Source of the DNA: an uncultured Piscirickettsiaceae bacterium
GTDB lineage: Bacteria > Pseudomonadota > Gammaproteobacteria > GCF-002020875
NCBI GenBank assembly: GCA_964551545.1
Contig: CAZKCT010000004.1
Span: forward strand, 2,569 to 58,708
Direction of reading: 5' to 3'
Length of the DNA: 56,140 nt
The first letter of the stretch is position 1; each line of letters opens with the position of its first letter. Both the position numbers and the translations under genes were made by a program. The notes beneath the pieces were generated by a model. The model saw only the letters and a program-made list of their open reading frames with translations, was not told where the DNA came from and ran no database searches. Of this stretch, positions 36,295-46,385 are shown piece by piece.

Positions 36295-38082
36295 ATGTCA
36301 CTGAATCGACGTGAATTTATCCGTCTGATGGGGATGGCTGGTGCAGCGGGGCTGGTCCCTACGGCAGCACTGGCAGATCGAAACCCCGCAGAAGCGCTCT
36401 ATCGGCGTCCGATGAAAGGGAATGTGCGTATTCTGCACATCACGGATACTCACGCACAGCTGCTCCCGATCCATTTTCGTGAACCCAATGTCAATCTGGG
36501 ATTCGGCTATGGCTATGGCAAGGCGCCTCACGTTGTAGGAAAGCGCTTTCTGGATCACTTCGGGGTCCCGGCCAACAGCCACCAGAGCCACGCATTTACC
36601 TATCTTGATTTTGATGAGGCAGCGCGCCGCTACGGTAAGGTCGGTGGGTTTGCCCACATGAAGACGTTGGTTGACAGCCTGCGTAGTGAGGCGGGGGATG
36701 GCAATAGTCTATTGCTGGACGGTGGAGATACCTGGCAAGGTAGCGGAACCTCTTACAAAACTCGTGGCATGGATATGGTGAAGGCCTGTAATGAGCTGGG
36801 CGTCGATGTGATGACTGGCCACTGGGAATACACCTACCTCGATCACGAAGTACTGAAAAATGTGAATGCCTTCAATGGCGATTTTGTGGCGCAGAACGTG
36901 CGGGTCCGGGATGAGTCACTGTTTGATTACAACTACGCCGATTTTGATGGCTTTGATGAGGATAGCGGTCACGCCTTCAAACCTTACGTGATGAAAGAGG
37001 TGGGGGGCGCGCGCATTGCGGTGATTGGGCAGGCCTTCCCTTATACCCCGATCGCCAACCCGGGCCGCTTCATGCCGGACTGGACCTTCGGGATCAGTGA
37101 CGACACCATGCAAGAGCTGGTCGATGAGGTGCGTGAGAATGAGCGCCCTGATGCGGTGATCGTGCTCTCCCATAACGGCATGGATGTTGACCTGAAGATG
37201 GCCTCCGTGGTCTCTGGGATTGATGCGATTTTTGGCGGCCATACCCATGACGGGATGCCGGCCCCAACGTTGGTGAAGAATGCGGGCGGCAAGACCCTGG
37301 TGACCAATGCTGGCTCCAACGGCAAGTTCGTCGGGGTGATGGATTTTGTCATCCGTAATGGCAAGGTGCAGGATTTTGAGTACTCGCTGCTGCCAGTCTT
37401 CTCAAACCTGCTGGAGGCAGATGCGGGAATGAATCGCCTGATTGAGGAAGTTCGCCAACCGTATGGTGACTGGCTCAATGAGGAGTTGGCGGTCGCTGAT
37501 CAGTTGCTCTACCGTCGCGGAAACTTCAACGGCACCTTTGACCAGATTATCTGCGACTCTCTGAACACCCATTATGATTCCCAGATCTCTCTCTCTCCCG
37601 GCTTCCGCTGGGGAACCACAGTGATGGAGGGGCAGAAGATCACCATGGATAATGTCCTGGACCAGACCTGTATCACCTATCCAGAGACCTATAGCCGAGA
37701 GATGCGTGGTGCCGATATCAAGAATATTCTTGAGGATGTCTCTGATAATCTCTTTAATGCGGACCCTTACTACCAGCAGGGTGGAGACATGGTCCGTGTT
37801 GGTGGGCTGGATTACGTCTGTGATCCGATGGCATCGATGGGAAATCGGGTGAGTGAGATGACACTCGACAATGGAGAGAAGGTTGAGGCCAGCAAGATGT
37901 ACAAAGTCTCTGGCTGGGCGACCGTTGGATCGAAGTCTCCAGGCCCTGCAATCTGGGATGTTGTGGCCGGTTATCTGCGAGACCAGAAGGTGGCCTCCGT
38001 GAAGAAACTCAATGTTCCAGCGCTCAAAGGAGCAAAAGGAAATCCGGGGATTAACAATTACCCGGGGAATCTGGTAAGTTAG
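36295..38082 (+). CDS. soxB: SoxB thiosulfohydrolase
   Basis: Tat signal NRREF, HITDTHAQL, DGGDTWQGS, GHWE, LSHNG, GGHTHD and SPGFRWG; ATG 36295 (GTG 36289 alternative). Confidence 0.96.
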   Translation: MSLNRREFIRLMGMAGAAGLVPTAALADRNPAEALYRRPMKGNVRILHITDTHAQLLPIHFREPNVNLGFGYGYGKAPHVVGKRFLDHFGVPANSHQSHAFTYLDFDEAARRYGKVGGFAHMKTLVDSLRSEAGDGNSLLLDGGDTWQGSGTSYKTRGMDMVKACNELGVDVMTGHWEYTYLDHEVLKNVNAFNGDFVAQNVRVRDESLFDYNYADFDGFDEDSGHAFKPYVMKEVGGARIAVIGQAFPYTPIANPGRFMPDWTFGISDDTMQELVDEVRENERPDAVIVLSHNGMDVDLKMASVVSGIDAIFGGHTHDGMPAPTLVKNAGGKTLVTNAGSNGKFVGVMDFVIRNGKVQDFEYSLLPVFSNLLEADAGMNRLIEEVRQPYGDWLNEELAVADQLLYRRGNFNGTFDQIICDSLNTHYDSQISLSPGFRWGTTVMEGQKITMDNVLDQTCITYPETYSREMRGADIKNILEDVSDNLFNADPYYQQGGDMVRVGGLDYVCDPMASMGNRVSEMTLDNGEKVEASKMYKVSGWATVGSKSPGPAIWDVVAGYLRDQKVASVKKLNVPALKGAKGNPGINNYPGNLVS

Positions 38083-38161
38083 TACTGATAATAAAAAAAG
38101 GTAGAGAAGATCTGGAAAACAGACGCCTGCCAAAATAATCACCAACAAAGGAGAAAATAGA

Positions 38162-38974
38162 GTGACGAAACCACACCAAGCCTTGTCGGGGGTCTGTCTG
38201 ACACTCTCCCTGATGGCGGCCTCCGTCTCTGCGGTGGCCTCTGGACCGGGAAAGATTGAGCAGCAGAAAATGGAAGGGGCAATCGCTGCAGCCAAGGCTG
38301 CAATCAAGGGAGCTAAAAGTGTTGGCTTCGAGTGGCGAGACTCCGGAAAAATTCTGAAGCAGGCTGAGGTTGCAATGGCAGAGGGGAATGTCGACAAGGC
38401 ACTCTCATTGGCGGCTAAGGCGCAATTTCAGGGGGAAGCGGGACAGGCCCAAGCGGTCTCTCAGGCCAATGCCAGCCCCCGTTTTGAGACCATCATTCGC
38501 AACATCCACATCTATGAGCAAGAGATGGCAATGGCCAAATCGGCACAGAAGGTGGCAGCGGATGCGGGATTTGAGTGGCGAGACCTGGGGAAGGTGATCA
38601 AGAAGGCTGAGAAAGCTGCAGCCAAAGGTCAGCTGCCAAAGGCGATCAAGTTGGCCAAGAAAGCACACTTCCAGGGTGAGGCAGGACAGGCCCAAGCGAT
38701 TAACCAGGCCAGTGCAGCCCCTCGGTTTGATGCGATTATCGAGAAGATGAACGCATTTGATCAAGAGATTGCTGCTGCTGAGCAGGCTCGTAAAGGGGCG
38801 GCCAAGGTTGGTTTTGAGTGGCGTGACACCGGGAAGATGATCAAAAAGGCTCGGACGGCAGCGAATAGCAGCCACTACGACAAGGCGATCAAACTGGCCA
38901 AGAAGGCTCGCTTCCAGGGGGAGGCCGGACAGCAGCAGGCCAAAGGTCAGGCCAGTGCCGGTCCACGGTTTTAA
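38162..38974 (+). CDS. soxK: SoxK-like (SoxAX-binding) protein with three tandem 81-aa repeats
   Basis: Signal peptide; the GFEWRD...A.KA.FQGEAGQ.QA..QA.A.PRF unit occurs three times at exact 243-nt spacing (38324, 38567, 38810); lies in the sox operon. Confidence 0.75.
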   Translation: MTKPHQALSGVCLTLSLMAASVSAVASGPGKIEQQKMEGAIAAAKAAIKGAKSVGFEWRDSGKILKQAEVAMAEGNVDKALSLAAKAQFQGEAGQAQAVSQANASPRFETIIRNIHIYEQEMAMAKSAQKVAADAGFEWRDLGKVIKKAEKAAAKGQLPKAIKLAKKAHFQGEAGQAQAINQASAAPRFDAIIEKMNAFDQEIAAAEQARKGAAKVGFEWRDTGKMIKKARTAANSSHYDKAIKLAKKARFQGEAGQQQAKGQASAGPRF

Positions 38975-39016
38975 TTTCAGAATTCTAATAACAAGCGAAA
39001 AGCAGACAAAGGAGAA

Positions 39017-39385
39017 ATGGATATGAAGCTGATCAAACAAGCAATGGTCGGGGCAGTGATGACAGCCCTGTTGGTACCTGTTACCGCCTCTGCGGATGGC
39101 CATGGTGCAGACAAGGTAATTGAGGAGGGCAAGGCCATTGCCTTCAATAAAAAGAAGGGAAACTGCCTGGCATGCCACCGCATTGAGGGCGGCAAGATGG
39201 CAGGTGATATTGCACCGCCCATCCTGATGATGAAGATGCGTTATCCCAATAAGGCAGACCTGCGTGCGCAGATTTGGGATGCGACGGCAGTCAACCCTGA
39301 TACGGTGATGCCTCCATTTGGGCGTCACAAAGTGATGAGCGAATCAGAGATCGACAAGGTGACTGAATTTATTTACAGTCTGTAG
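39017..39385 (+). CDS. soxX: SoxX cytochrome c
   Basis: KKGNCLACH, G.IAPP and TVMPPFG. Confidence 0.94.
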   Translation: MDMKLIKQAMVGAVMTALLVPVTASADGHGADKVIEEGKAIAFNKKKGNCLACHRIEGGKMAGDIAPPILMMKMRYPNKADLRAQIWDATAVNPDTVMPPFGRHKVMSESEIDKVTEFIYSL

Positions 39386-39439
39386 TTCTTGCGGTAGACA
39401 AACCTAAAGAAAATATTATTTCAAAGAAGGAGAGCGATA

Positions 39440-39883
39440 GTGAAAAGACGGCTATTTATGAAGGGAACTCTTGCGGGTAGTGCAGTCACTGCAGCCCTGG
39501 GAGCGGGTCTGTTGGCACCTCGTGCAGTATTGGCAGCGTGGCCAAAGGCTGTCATGGAGTCCGATAACTTTGGGGACACTGGCATGGCCAGCGGCTCTGT
39601 AAAGATCAAGGCCCCTGAGATTGCAGAGAATGGTGCGGTTGTACCAGTTACTGTAGATGCAACAGGCGTAGACGGCATTGTTGAGAGCATCAGCATTGTA
39701 GCGGCAGCGAATGGTCGTCCTCTGGCGGCAACCTACAACATGGGTGAAGGCGCAGTTCCATTCGTCTCTACTCGACTGAAAATGGGTAAGACTGGTGATG
39801 TCTATGGTGTAGTGAAGACTGCATCTGGCCTGCTGAATGCAAAGTCTCAGGTTAAGGTCACCATCGGTGGTTGTGGCGGTTAG
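39440..39883 (+). CDS. soxY: SoxY sulfur carrier
   Basis: Tat RRLF, PEIAENGAVVPV and C-terminal VKVTIGGCGG. Confidence 0.97.
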   Translation: MKRRLFMKGTLAGSAVTAALGAGLLAPRAVLAAWPKAVMESDNFGDTGMASGSVKIKAPEIAENGAVVPVTVDATGVDGIVESISIVAAANGRPLAATYNMGEGAVPFVSTRLKMGKTGDVYGVVKTASGLLNAKSQVKVTIGGCGG

Positions 39884-39935
39884 TCCCGTTACTGAACGTT
39901 AATACCCCATTACAAAGAATAGAGAGGAAAAGAAA

Positions 39936-40250
39936 ATGGCAAAGAGTGCAGTAAAGCTGAGAGCCAAGGCAAAGAAAGGCGTCATCGATATCAAATGTCT
40001 GATGAGTCATCCAATGGAGACAGGTCTGAGAAAAGACAAGAAGACTGGACAGAAGATCCCTGAGCACTTCATCCAGAGCGTTGTTGTAGAGAAGAATGGC
40101 ACACCATTCATGCATGCAGACTTCAACTCAACCATTTCCAAAAACCCATACCTGAGAGTCAAGGTTGCAGGCGACAAGGGTGACAAGATCACCGTCACCT
40201 GGACTGATAACAAGGGTGAGTCTGGTAGCGGAACCAAGGCAGCAAAATAA
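39936..40250 (+). CDS. soxZ: SoxZ
   Basis: HPMETGLRKD, SKNPY and WTDNKG. Confidence 0.96.
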   Translation: MAKSAVKLRAKAKKGVIDIKCLMSHPMETGLRKDKKTGQKIPEHFIQSVVVEKNGTPFMHADFNSTISKNPYLRVKVAGDKGDKITVTWTDNKGESGSGTKAAK

Positions 40251-40262
40251 TAAGATTGCCGA

Positions 40263-40293
40263 ATAACCCCCTCCATAAAGGAGGGGGTGTTAT
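40263..40293 (+). other. Stem-loop between soxZ and soxA
   Basis: ACCCCCTCC-ATAAA-GGAGGGGGT, followed by an A-run. Confidence 0.5.
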
Positions 40294-40315
40294 AAAAAAA
40301 CCAAAGGAGAATAGT

Positions 40316-41173
40316 ATGAAGCAGTTTCTGATGGCTGTAACCGCGACTGCGCTTGCAATGGGGGGGATTGCGGGTGCACAGGCGAGCCCGGAAGAAGATC
40401 TGAAGGCTTTTCGTGCCTACTTTGTAGAGAAGTTCCCGAATACGGAATTTTCTGATTTCAGAAATGGTGTTTACTCCATTAACGAGAGTTTCCGCCAGCA
40501 GTGGGAAGCGATTGAGGAGTTCCCCCCTTATGAGCAATTTGTCGAGCAAGGTGAAGAGATATGGGGCACCCCTTTTGCGAACGGTAAAGGCTATGCGGAC
40601 TGCTTTGGCGATGATGTCTCTGCCATTCGTGCCCGCTATCCACACTGGGATGCCAAAAGCGAGCAGGTGGTGACGCTGGAGGGAGACATCAACAAGTGTC
40701 GTAAGGCCAATGGCGAGAAGCCACTGAAGTGGAAGAAAGGGGCGATGGCTCACCTCTCTGCCTACATCAGCTATGAGGCCCGTGGCCAGGTGATCAACGT
40801 GGTGATTCCTGATGACCCCAAGGCCAAGGCGGCCTATGAAGATGGTAAGCGCTTCTTCTATGCCAAGCGTGGGCAGCTCAATCTTGCCTGTGCAGATTGT
40901 CATGTCTACCAGTCTGGTCAGCACATCCGTGCCGATCTGCTCTCACCAGCGGTGGGCCAGTCTACAGGATTCCCTGTATTCCGTGCCAAGTGGTCCGGTA
41001 AAGACAAGAATGGTGATGGACTCGGTACATTGCACCGCCGCTATGGTGGCTGTAACAAACAGGTTCGCGCAAAGCCATTCAAGGCGCAGAGTGAGCAGTA
41101 TCGGAACCTGGAGTTCTTCCACACTTACATGAGTAATGGTCTGGAGTTCAATGGCCCATCCTATCGTAAGTGA
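40316..41173 (+). CDS. soxA: SoxA, monoheme type
   Basis: Signal peptide from ATG 40316; RGQLNLACADCH; active-site RRYGGCNKQVRA; a single CxxCH. Confidence 0.95.
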   Translation: MKQFLMAVTATALAMGGIAGAQASPEEDLKAFRAYFVEKFPNTEFSDFRNGVYSINESFRQQWEAIEEFPPYEQFVEQGEEIWGTPFANGKGYADCFGDDVSAIRARYPHWDAKSEQVVTLEGDINKCRKANGEKPLKWKKGAMAHLSAYISYEARGQVINVVIPDDPKAKAAYEDGKRFFYAKRGQLNLACADCHVYQSGQHIRADLLSPAVGQSTGFPVFRAKWSGKDKNGDGLGTLHRRYGGCNKQVRAKPFKAQSEQYRNLEFFHTYMSNGLEFNGPSYRK

Positions 41174-41190
41174 CCGATAGCAACTTCCTG

Positions 41191-41217
41191 AAAACCCGGT
41201 GACTTGCCGGGTTTTTT
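41191..41217 (+). terminator. Terminator after soxA
   Basis: AAAACCCGG-TGACTTG-CCGGGTTTTTT. Confidence 0.85.
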
Positions 41218-41433
41218 ATGTCTGTTACTTTTAGAGATGGCGAATAAATCGCAGTTAGCGTGAAGTGGGCATTGGCAGGAGGGAGAGGGGGGCGTTTGTT
41301 AAGGGTTGCCAGACATCTACCCCTAACTCCCTGCTATACCTGAAACGGATTTCTGTAAGGGCAGATGACCGGCAACCATTAACAGTAGTGCTCACTTAAG
41401 AATTGGGGCCAAGCGCGTGATACAGTAAGAGGT

Positions 41434-42105
41434 ATGTATCGACTACTACACCTCTTTCAAACTTCGATCGGGCGTAAGCTGATGATGGCCCTGAGTGGGT
41501 TGGTTCTGCTGCTGTTCATTGTGGGTCATCTGGCGGGTAATATGACCATCTTCTTCGGTGCACCGATCCTCAACAGTTACGCCCACTGGCTACAACACAG
41601 TGTGATGTTGTGGCCCTTCCGCTTGGTGATGTTGTCCCTGTTGGGGTTGCATATTGTGATGGGGATGGAGTTGGCACGTGAGAACCGACAGTCAGCTACC
41701 GCAGGCAGTCACTATCCTGGCTGGTTTACCCGCCATATTCGTAACCACCATATGGTCTGGAGTGGTGTCGCAGTACTGCTCTTTATTCTGTTTCATGTCG
41801 GGCATCTGACATTGGGGGTCGGAGCCGATGCCAGCTTCAGAGCGCTCGACAGCAACCAGATGGTTGATGTCTACCGGCGGGTGGTGGAGGGGTTTCGAAA
41901 CCCCTGGATCTCGGGCTTCTATGTCGTCTCCATGTTGTTGATCTGGACCCATTTGTTGCATGTGATTCGCGGCCTGTTTCAGACTCTGGGCTTCTATCAT
42001 GAAAACTATCTTCCGCTACTGGAGCGTGTTGCACAATTGTTGAGTGTGTTGATCGTGTGTGGGTTTCTCTCTATTCCGTTTTCCGTATGGCTGGGAGTGG
42101 TCTGA
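41434..42105 (+). CDS. sdhC: Succinate dehydrogenase/fumarate reductase cytochrome b anchor (single five-TM subunit)
   Basis: [27 protein letters not shown] and FQTLG motifs. Confidence 0.85.
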   Translation: MYRLLHLFQTSIGRKLMMALSGLVLLLFIVGHLAGNMTIFFGAPILNSYAHWLQHSVMLWPFRLVMLSLLGLHIVMGMELARENRQSATAGSHYPGWFTRHIRNHHMVWSGVAVLLFILFHVGHLTLGVGADASFRALDSNQMVDVYRRVVEGFRNPWISGFYVVSMLLIWTHLLHVIRGLFQTLGFYHENYLPLLERVAQLLSVLIVCGFLSIPFSVWLGVV

Positions 42106-44009
42106 TGTTGGATGCCAGAATTCCAGGGGGACCACTGGAGCAGAAGTGGGAGCGTTGCCTTGATGGGCTCAAACTGATTAGTCCCAATAATAAACGTAAG
42201 TACAAGGTGTTGGTGGTGGGCACCGGGCTGGCGGGATCCTCGGCAGCAGCAACCATGGCGGAGCTGGGATATCAGGTGGAGAGTTTCACCTTTCATGATT
42301 CCCCCCGTCGTGCTCACTCAGTGGCAGCACAAGGGGGGATCAATGCGGCCAAGAATTACCGGGGGGATGGCGATAGCATTCACCGCCTCTTCTACGACAC
42401 CATCAAGGGGGGAGACTTCCGCTCCCGTGAGGCCAACGTCTACCGTTTGGCACAGATTAGCAACAACATCATCGATCAGTGCGTGGCGCAGGGAGTGCCG
42501 TTTGCACGAGAGTATGGGGGATTGCTGGATAATCGCTCTTTTGGTGGAGCACTGGTCTCTCGCACCTTCTATGCGCGCGGACAGACCGGTCAACAGCTGC
42601 TGCTGGGGGCCTATGGAGCACTCAATCGACAGATCCATAGCGGACAGATCAAACTCCATACTCGCACCGAGATGGTTGATCTGCTGGTAGAGGATGGGGT
42701 GGCACGTGGCATCATTACCCGGGATCTGGTGAATGGAACCATTCAGGCCCACTGGGGGGATGCGGTGGTGCTGGCAACCGGAGGCTATAGCAACGCCTTC
42801 TATCTTTCCACCAATGCGGCCACCTGTAATGTCACCGCGAGCTACCGGGCCTACAAGCGAGGGGCTCTGTTTGCCAATCCCGGCTTTACTCAGATCCATC
42901 CTACCTGTATCCCGATGAGCCATGAGGGGCAATCCAAGCTGACACTGATGTCAGAGTCGCTACGCAACCATGGACGAATCTGGGTACCCAAACAGGCCAA
43001 CGATCAGCGACCACCACAGCAGATTCCAGAGGCGGAGCGGGACTACTTTCTGGAGCGCAAGTATCCTGCCTATGGCAATCTCTCGCCCCGTGATATCTCC
43101 TCCAGAGCGGTCAAGGAGGTGTGTGATGAGGGGCGTGGTGTCGGTGAGATGGGGCGCAGTGTCTATCTTGATTTCGGCGAGGCGATTGAGCGGCTTGGCA
43201 TGGAGAAGATTCAGGAGCACTACGGCAACCTGTTTGAGATGTATCACCATATCACTGACGAGAATCCCTACCAGAGTCCGATGCGTATCTATCCCGCAGC
43301 CCACTATACGATGGGTGGTCTCTGGGTCGACTACCATCTGATGAGCAATCTGCCGGGGTTGTTTGTGATCGGCGAGGCCAACTTCTCCGACCATGGTGCC
43401 AACCGTCTCGGCGCCAGTGCGTTGATGCAGGGATTAGCCGATGGGTACTTTATCCTGCCGCAGACAATGGCGGGCTATCTGGCCGATCGTCCCCCTATTG
43501 CAGGGCAGGAGCCGACCACTGCAGCGGATGCTGTGGCGCAGAACCAACAACAGACCGAAGTACTGCTTTCACTCAATGGAGATCGTTCCATCCGTTCACT
43601 GCATAGAGAGCTGGGGGAGATCCTCTGGAACGGGTGCGGTATGTCGAGAACAGCAGAAGGCCTTCGTGATGCAATGACCCGGCTGGAGGCGCTGCAGCAG
43701 ACTTTCTGGCAGAAAGGTTATGTGGGCGGTCGTGGTGAGGTTCTCAATCAAGAGCTGGAACAGGCGGGGCGTGTGGCTGACTTTATCGAGTTTGGCACGC
43801 TGATGTGCCAGGATGCACTGCAACGCGAGGAATCGTGTGGTGCTCACTTCCGTGAAGAGTATCAGCAGGGTGGAGAGGCGGCGCGCAATGATGTCGAGTT
43901 CTCCCATGTCACGGCATGGGAGTATCAAGGAGAAGAGGGACTGCCGGCAGAGCATCGTGAACCCCTGCAGTTTGAGTCGATCCATGTTGGGCGGAGGAAC
44001 TACCAATGA
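42105..44009 (+). CDS. sdhA: Succinate dehydrogenase/fumarate reductase flavoprotein
   Basis: [16 protein letters not shown] (covalent-FAD His), QIHPT, SESLR, PRDISSR, HYTMGG, NRLGA and ESCGAHFR; ATG 42105 overlaps the sdhC stop. Confidence 0.92.
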   Translation: MLDARIPGGPLEQKWERCLDGLKLISPNNKRKYKVLVVGTGLAGSSAAATMAELGYQVESFTFHDSPRRAHSVAAQGGINAAKNYRGDGDSIHRLFYDTIKGGDFRSREANVYRLAQISNNIIDQCVAQGVPFAREYGGLLDNRSFGGALVSRTFYARGQTGQQLLLGAYGALNRQIHSGQIKLHTRTEMVDLLVEDGVARGIITRDLVNGTIQAHWGDAVVLATGGYSNAFYLSTNAATCNVTASYRAYKRGALFANPGFTQIHPTCIPMSHEGQSKLTLMSESLRNHGRIWVPKQANDQRPPQQIPEAERDYFLERKYPAYGNLSPRDISSRAVKEVCDEGRGVGEMGRSVYLDFGEAIERLGMEKIQEHYGNLFEMYHHITDENPYQSPMRIYPAAHYTMGGLWVDYHLMSNLPGLFVIGEANFSDHGANRLGASALMQGLADGYFILPQTMAGYLADRPPIAGQEPTTAADAVAQNQQQTEVLLSLNGDRSIRSLHRELGEILWNGCGMSRTAEGLRDAMTRLEALQQTFWQKGYVGGRGEVLNQELEQAGRVADFIEFGTLMCQDALQREESCGAHFREEYQQGGEAARNDVEFSHVTAWEYQGEEGLPAEHREPLQFESIHVGRRNYQ

Positions 44010-44791
44010 GGTTTCATCTGAAAATCTGGCGGCAGTTGGATCGTAACAGTAAGGGACAGTTTGAGGATTTCTGGATTGATGGAATCGGTCCTGACCTCTC
44101 ATTTTTGGAGTTGATGGATTGCCTCAATGAGGATTTGATACGTAAGAAAGCACGTCCAGTTGCTTTTGAGCATGATTGCCGTGAGGGGATCTGCGGGGCC
44201 TGTTCGCTGATCATCAATGGCGTGCCGCATGGCCCAGTGGGAGCAACCACCACCTGCCAGCTCTATATGCGCCACTTTGAGGAGGATGCAGAAATTACCG
44301 TAGAGCCGTGGCGAGCTGGGCCATTTAAGGTGATCCAGGATCTTGTGGTCGACCGTTCGCCGTTTGAACGTATCCTGCAGGCGGGAGGCTATGTCTCGGT
44401 GCATACCGGGGAGGCGCCTGATGCCAATGCATTGCTGGTATCGAAAGAGGTGGCAGATCGTGCTTTTGAGGCGGCCAACTGTATTGGCTGTGGCGCTTGT
44501 GTCGCCGCCTGTCCCAATGCCTCGGCAATGCTCTTTGTCGCCGCCAAGGTGACTCACTTGGCGTTGCTGCCGCAAGGGCAGCCGGAGCGGGAACATCGGG
44601 TGCTCAAGATGGTTAAGGCGATGGATGCCGAGGGATTCGGGAACTGCAGTAACCACTATCAGTGTGCTGATGCCTGCCCTAAGCAAATCCCAGTCTCGCT
44701 GATTGCGCGGCTTAACCGGGAGTTCCTGCAATCTGCACTGTTGGGGAGAGAATTCGGTGAGGAGGATCACCACTGTTGCCATCAGGAGTAA
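44006..44791 (+). CDS. sdhB: Succinate dehydrogenase/fumarate reductase iron-sulfur subunit
   Basis: [10 protein letters not shown]...[17 protein letters not shown] and [14 protein letters not shown]. Confidence 0.92.
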   Translation: MRFHLKIWRQLDRNSKGQFEDFWIDGIGPDLSFLELMDCLNEDLIRKKARPVAFEHDCREGICGACSLIINGVPHGPVGATTTCQLYMRHFEEDAEITVEPWRAGPFKVIQDLVVDRSPFERILQAGGYVSVHTGEAPDANALLVSKEVADRAFEAANCIGCGACVAACPNASAMLFVAAKVTHLALLPQGQPEREHRVLKMVKAMDAEGFGNCSNHYQCADACPKQIPVSLIARLNREFLQSALLGREFGEEDHHCCHQE

Positions 44792-44989
44792 AGATGAAGA
44801 CGGTCTCCTCATCTTTGCTGATTGTTCATCCGTTAATAAAACAATGACTGAAAAAGGAAGGGTATGAGCAACAGAAGCTTCATGCCAATCTGTCACGGCT
44901 GATTGTGAAAGAGTGGCTCAGTCATCCAATGCTCCGCGTTGCAGTGGGGAGTGGAAAGATTTGGCACAACACTCTACTGCAGCAAGCAT

Positions 44990-45021
44990 AAAAAACCCCG
45001 GATCAGATCCGGGGTTTTTTT
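44990..45021. terminator. Bidirectional terminator between sdhB and fccB
   Basis: AAAAAACCCCGGATC-A-GATCCGGGGTTTTTTT. Confidence 0.85.
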
Positions 45022-45041
45022 GTTACTCATGAAAGAGTTGG

Positions 45042-46370
45042 TTACAGCTTTTTGCCGTCGTTGAAAGCATCAGTAGAGATGTTCTCATACCAGCTCAGTG
45101 CATAGGCAACCTCACGCTCACGGAACTTCGCGTTGCGCTTGTCACCACTTGGAGTAAGACCACCAGAGACCTTCATCACCTTGGACTTGTCCGCTGCCAG
45201 CTGGTAAACCGCTGCAACAGAGAACGCGTCATTTGGTGCCACAACACTGTAGCAGGTGTTGGTGTAGGCAGGGATTGGTGCGCTGTTGCCATTCAGGGCA
45301 GCAACGACTGAAGCAGCACAGACTTTCGCCTCTGAAGCTGCAGCGTAGCCGGACTTCGGCAGACCCTTGGCAGCACTGGAATCACCAATGACGTGGATAT
45401 TTGCACGCTTCTTGGATTCGAAAGTCTGCAGATCAACTGGACACCAGTCACCATCCGTCAGGCCAGCAGCATGTGCAATGTTTCCTGCCTTCATGTCAGG
45501 GATAACGTTCAGTACGTCACCCTTGAACTCCTCGATGGAGCAGACAGCAGTGTTGCTGTCTGCCTCAACGGCCTCAATGGCACCGCCAGCAGCACCCTTG
45601 ACCCACTGGATCATGGAGCCTTCACCGCCGTCCTTTGCAGGATCGAAGCCGTAGTGGATCTTCCAAGCCTCACGGAACAGGCCGAACTTGGAGAACTTGT
45701 CCTTTGGATCAAGAACAATGATCTTGGATTTTGGCTTGTTGGCTTTGAGGTAGGAAGCGATCTGGCTAACACGCTCGTATGGTCCAGGAGGGCAGCGGAA
45801 TGGGTTGCGTGGCGCAGCGATGACGACTGTACCGCCATCCTTCATTGCCTTCAGCTGTTTACCCAGCAGATTCATCTGGTGACCAGATTTGTATGCGTGA
45901 GTGACAGAGTTGTTTGCAACCTCTTCACTGTGACCTTCAACGAATTTGAAGTCGACACCTGGAGAGACAACGCAACGGTCGAAGCCGTAGCTGCCGCCGC
46001 CCGCAGTCTTCACGCTGTTGTCACCAATCTCAGTCACTGCATCGTGAACGATATTGATGCCCATGGCCTGCAGACCCTCATAGGTGTGGGCCAGCTGATC
46101 CATAGTAACCATGCCAGAGAGGGTGAGGTTACTGGTGAAGCCAGTGTAGTAAGTCTTGTTTGGCTCGATGATGGTGACATCAATGGAGGCATCGCCACGC
46201 TTGATGTACTTGGCGGCAGTTGCGCCACCCAGACCACCACCAACGACAACAACACGTCCCTTGGAGCCCGCGAAAGAGCTGCTGGCAAAACCCATGCCTG
46301 CTGCAACAGAGGCGGCACCCAGTGCGCCACCGGATACCTTCATAAAGTCTCTACGATTGAACTTGCTCAT
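45042..46370 (-). CDS. fccB: Flavocytochrome c sulfide dehydrogenase, flavoprotein subunit
   Basis: Tat NRRDF, VVGGGLGGATAAKY, RCPPGPYER, PKSGYAA and NTCYS. Confidence 0.93.
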   Translation of the reverse strand: MSKFNRRDFMKVSGGALGAASVAAGMGFASSSFAGSKGRVVVVGGGLGGATAAKYIKRGDASIDVTIIEPNKTYYTGFTSNLTLSGMVTMDQLAHTYEGLQAMGINIVHDAVTEIGDNSVKTAGGGSYGFDRCVVSPGVDFKFVEGHSEEVANNSVTHAYKSGHQMNLLGKQLKAMKDGGTVVIAAPRNPFRCPPGPYERVSQIASYLKANKPKSKIIVLDPKDKFSKFGLFREAWKIHYGFDPAKDGGEGSMIQWVKGAAGGAIEAVEADSNTAVCSIEEFKGDVLNVIPDMKAGNIAHAAGLTDGDWCPVDLQTFESKKRANIHVIGDSSAAKGLPKSGYAAASEAKVCAASVVAALNGNSAPIPAYTNTCYSVVAPNDAFSVAAVYQLAADKSKVMKVSGGLTPSGDKRNAKFREREVAYALSWYENISTDAFNDGKKL

Positions 46371-46385
46371 TCTATTAGCTCCTCC

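Noticed and set aside
44792-44989. Short open frame and weak hairpin between sdhB and the terminator
   Set aside because: No convincing start or RBS for the longer frame, and no recognisable similarity.
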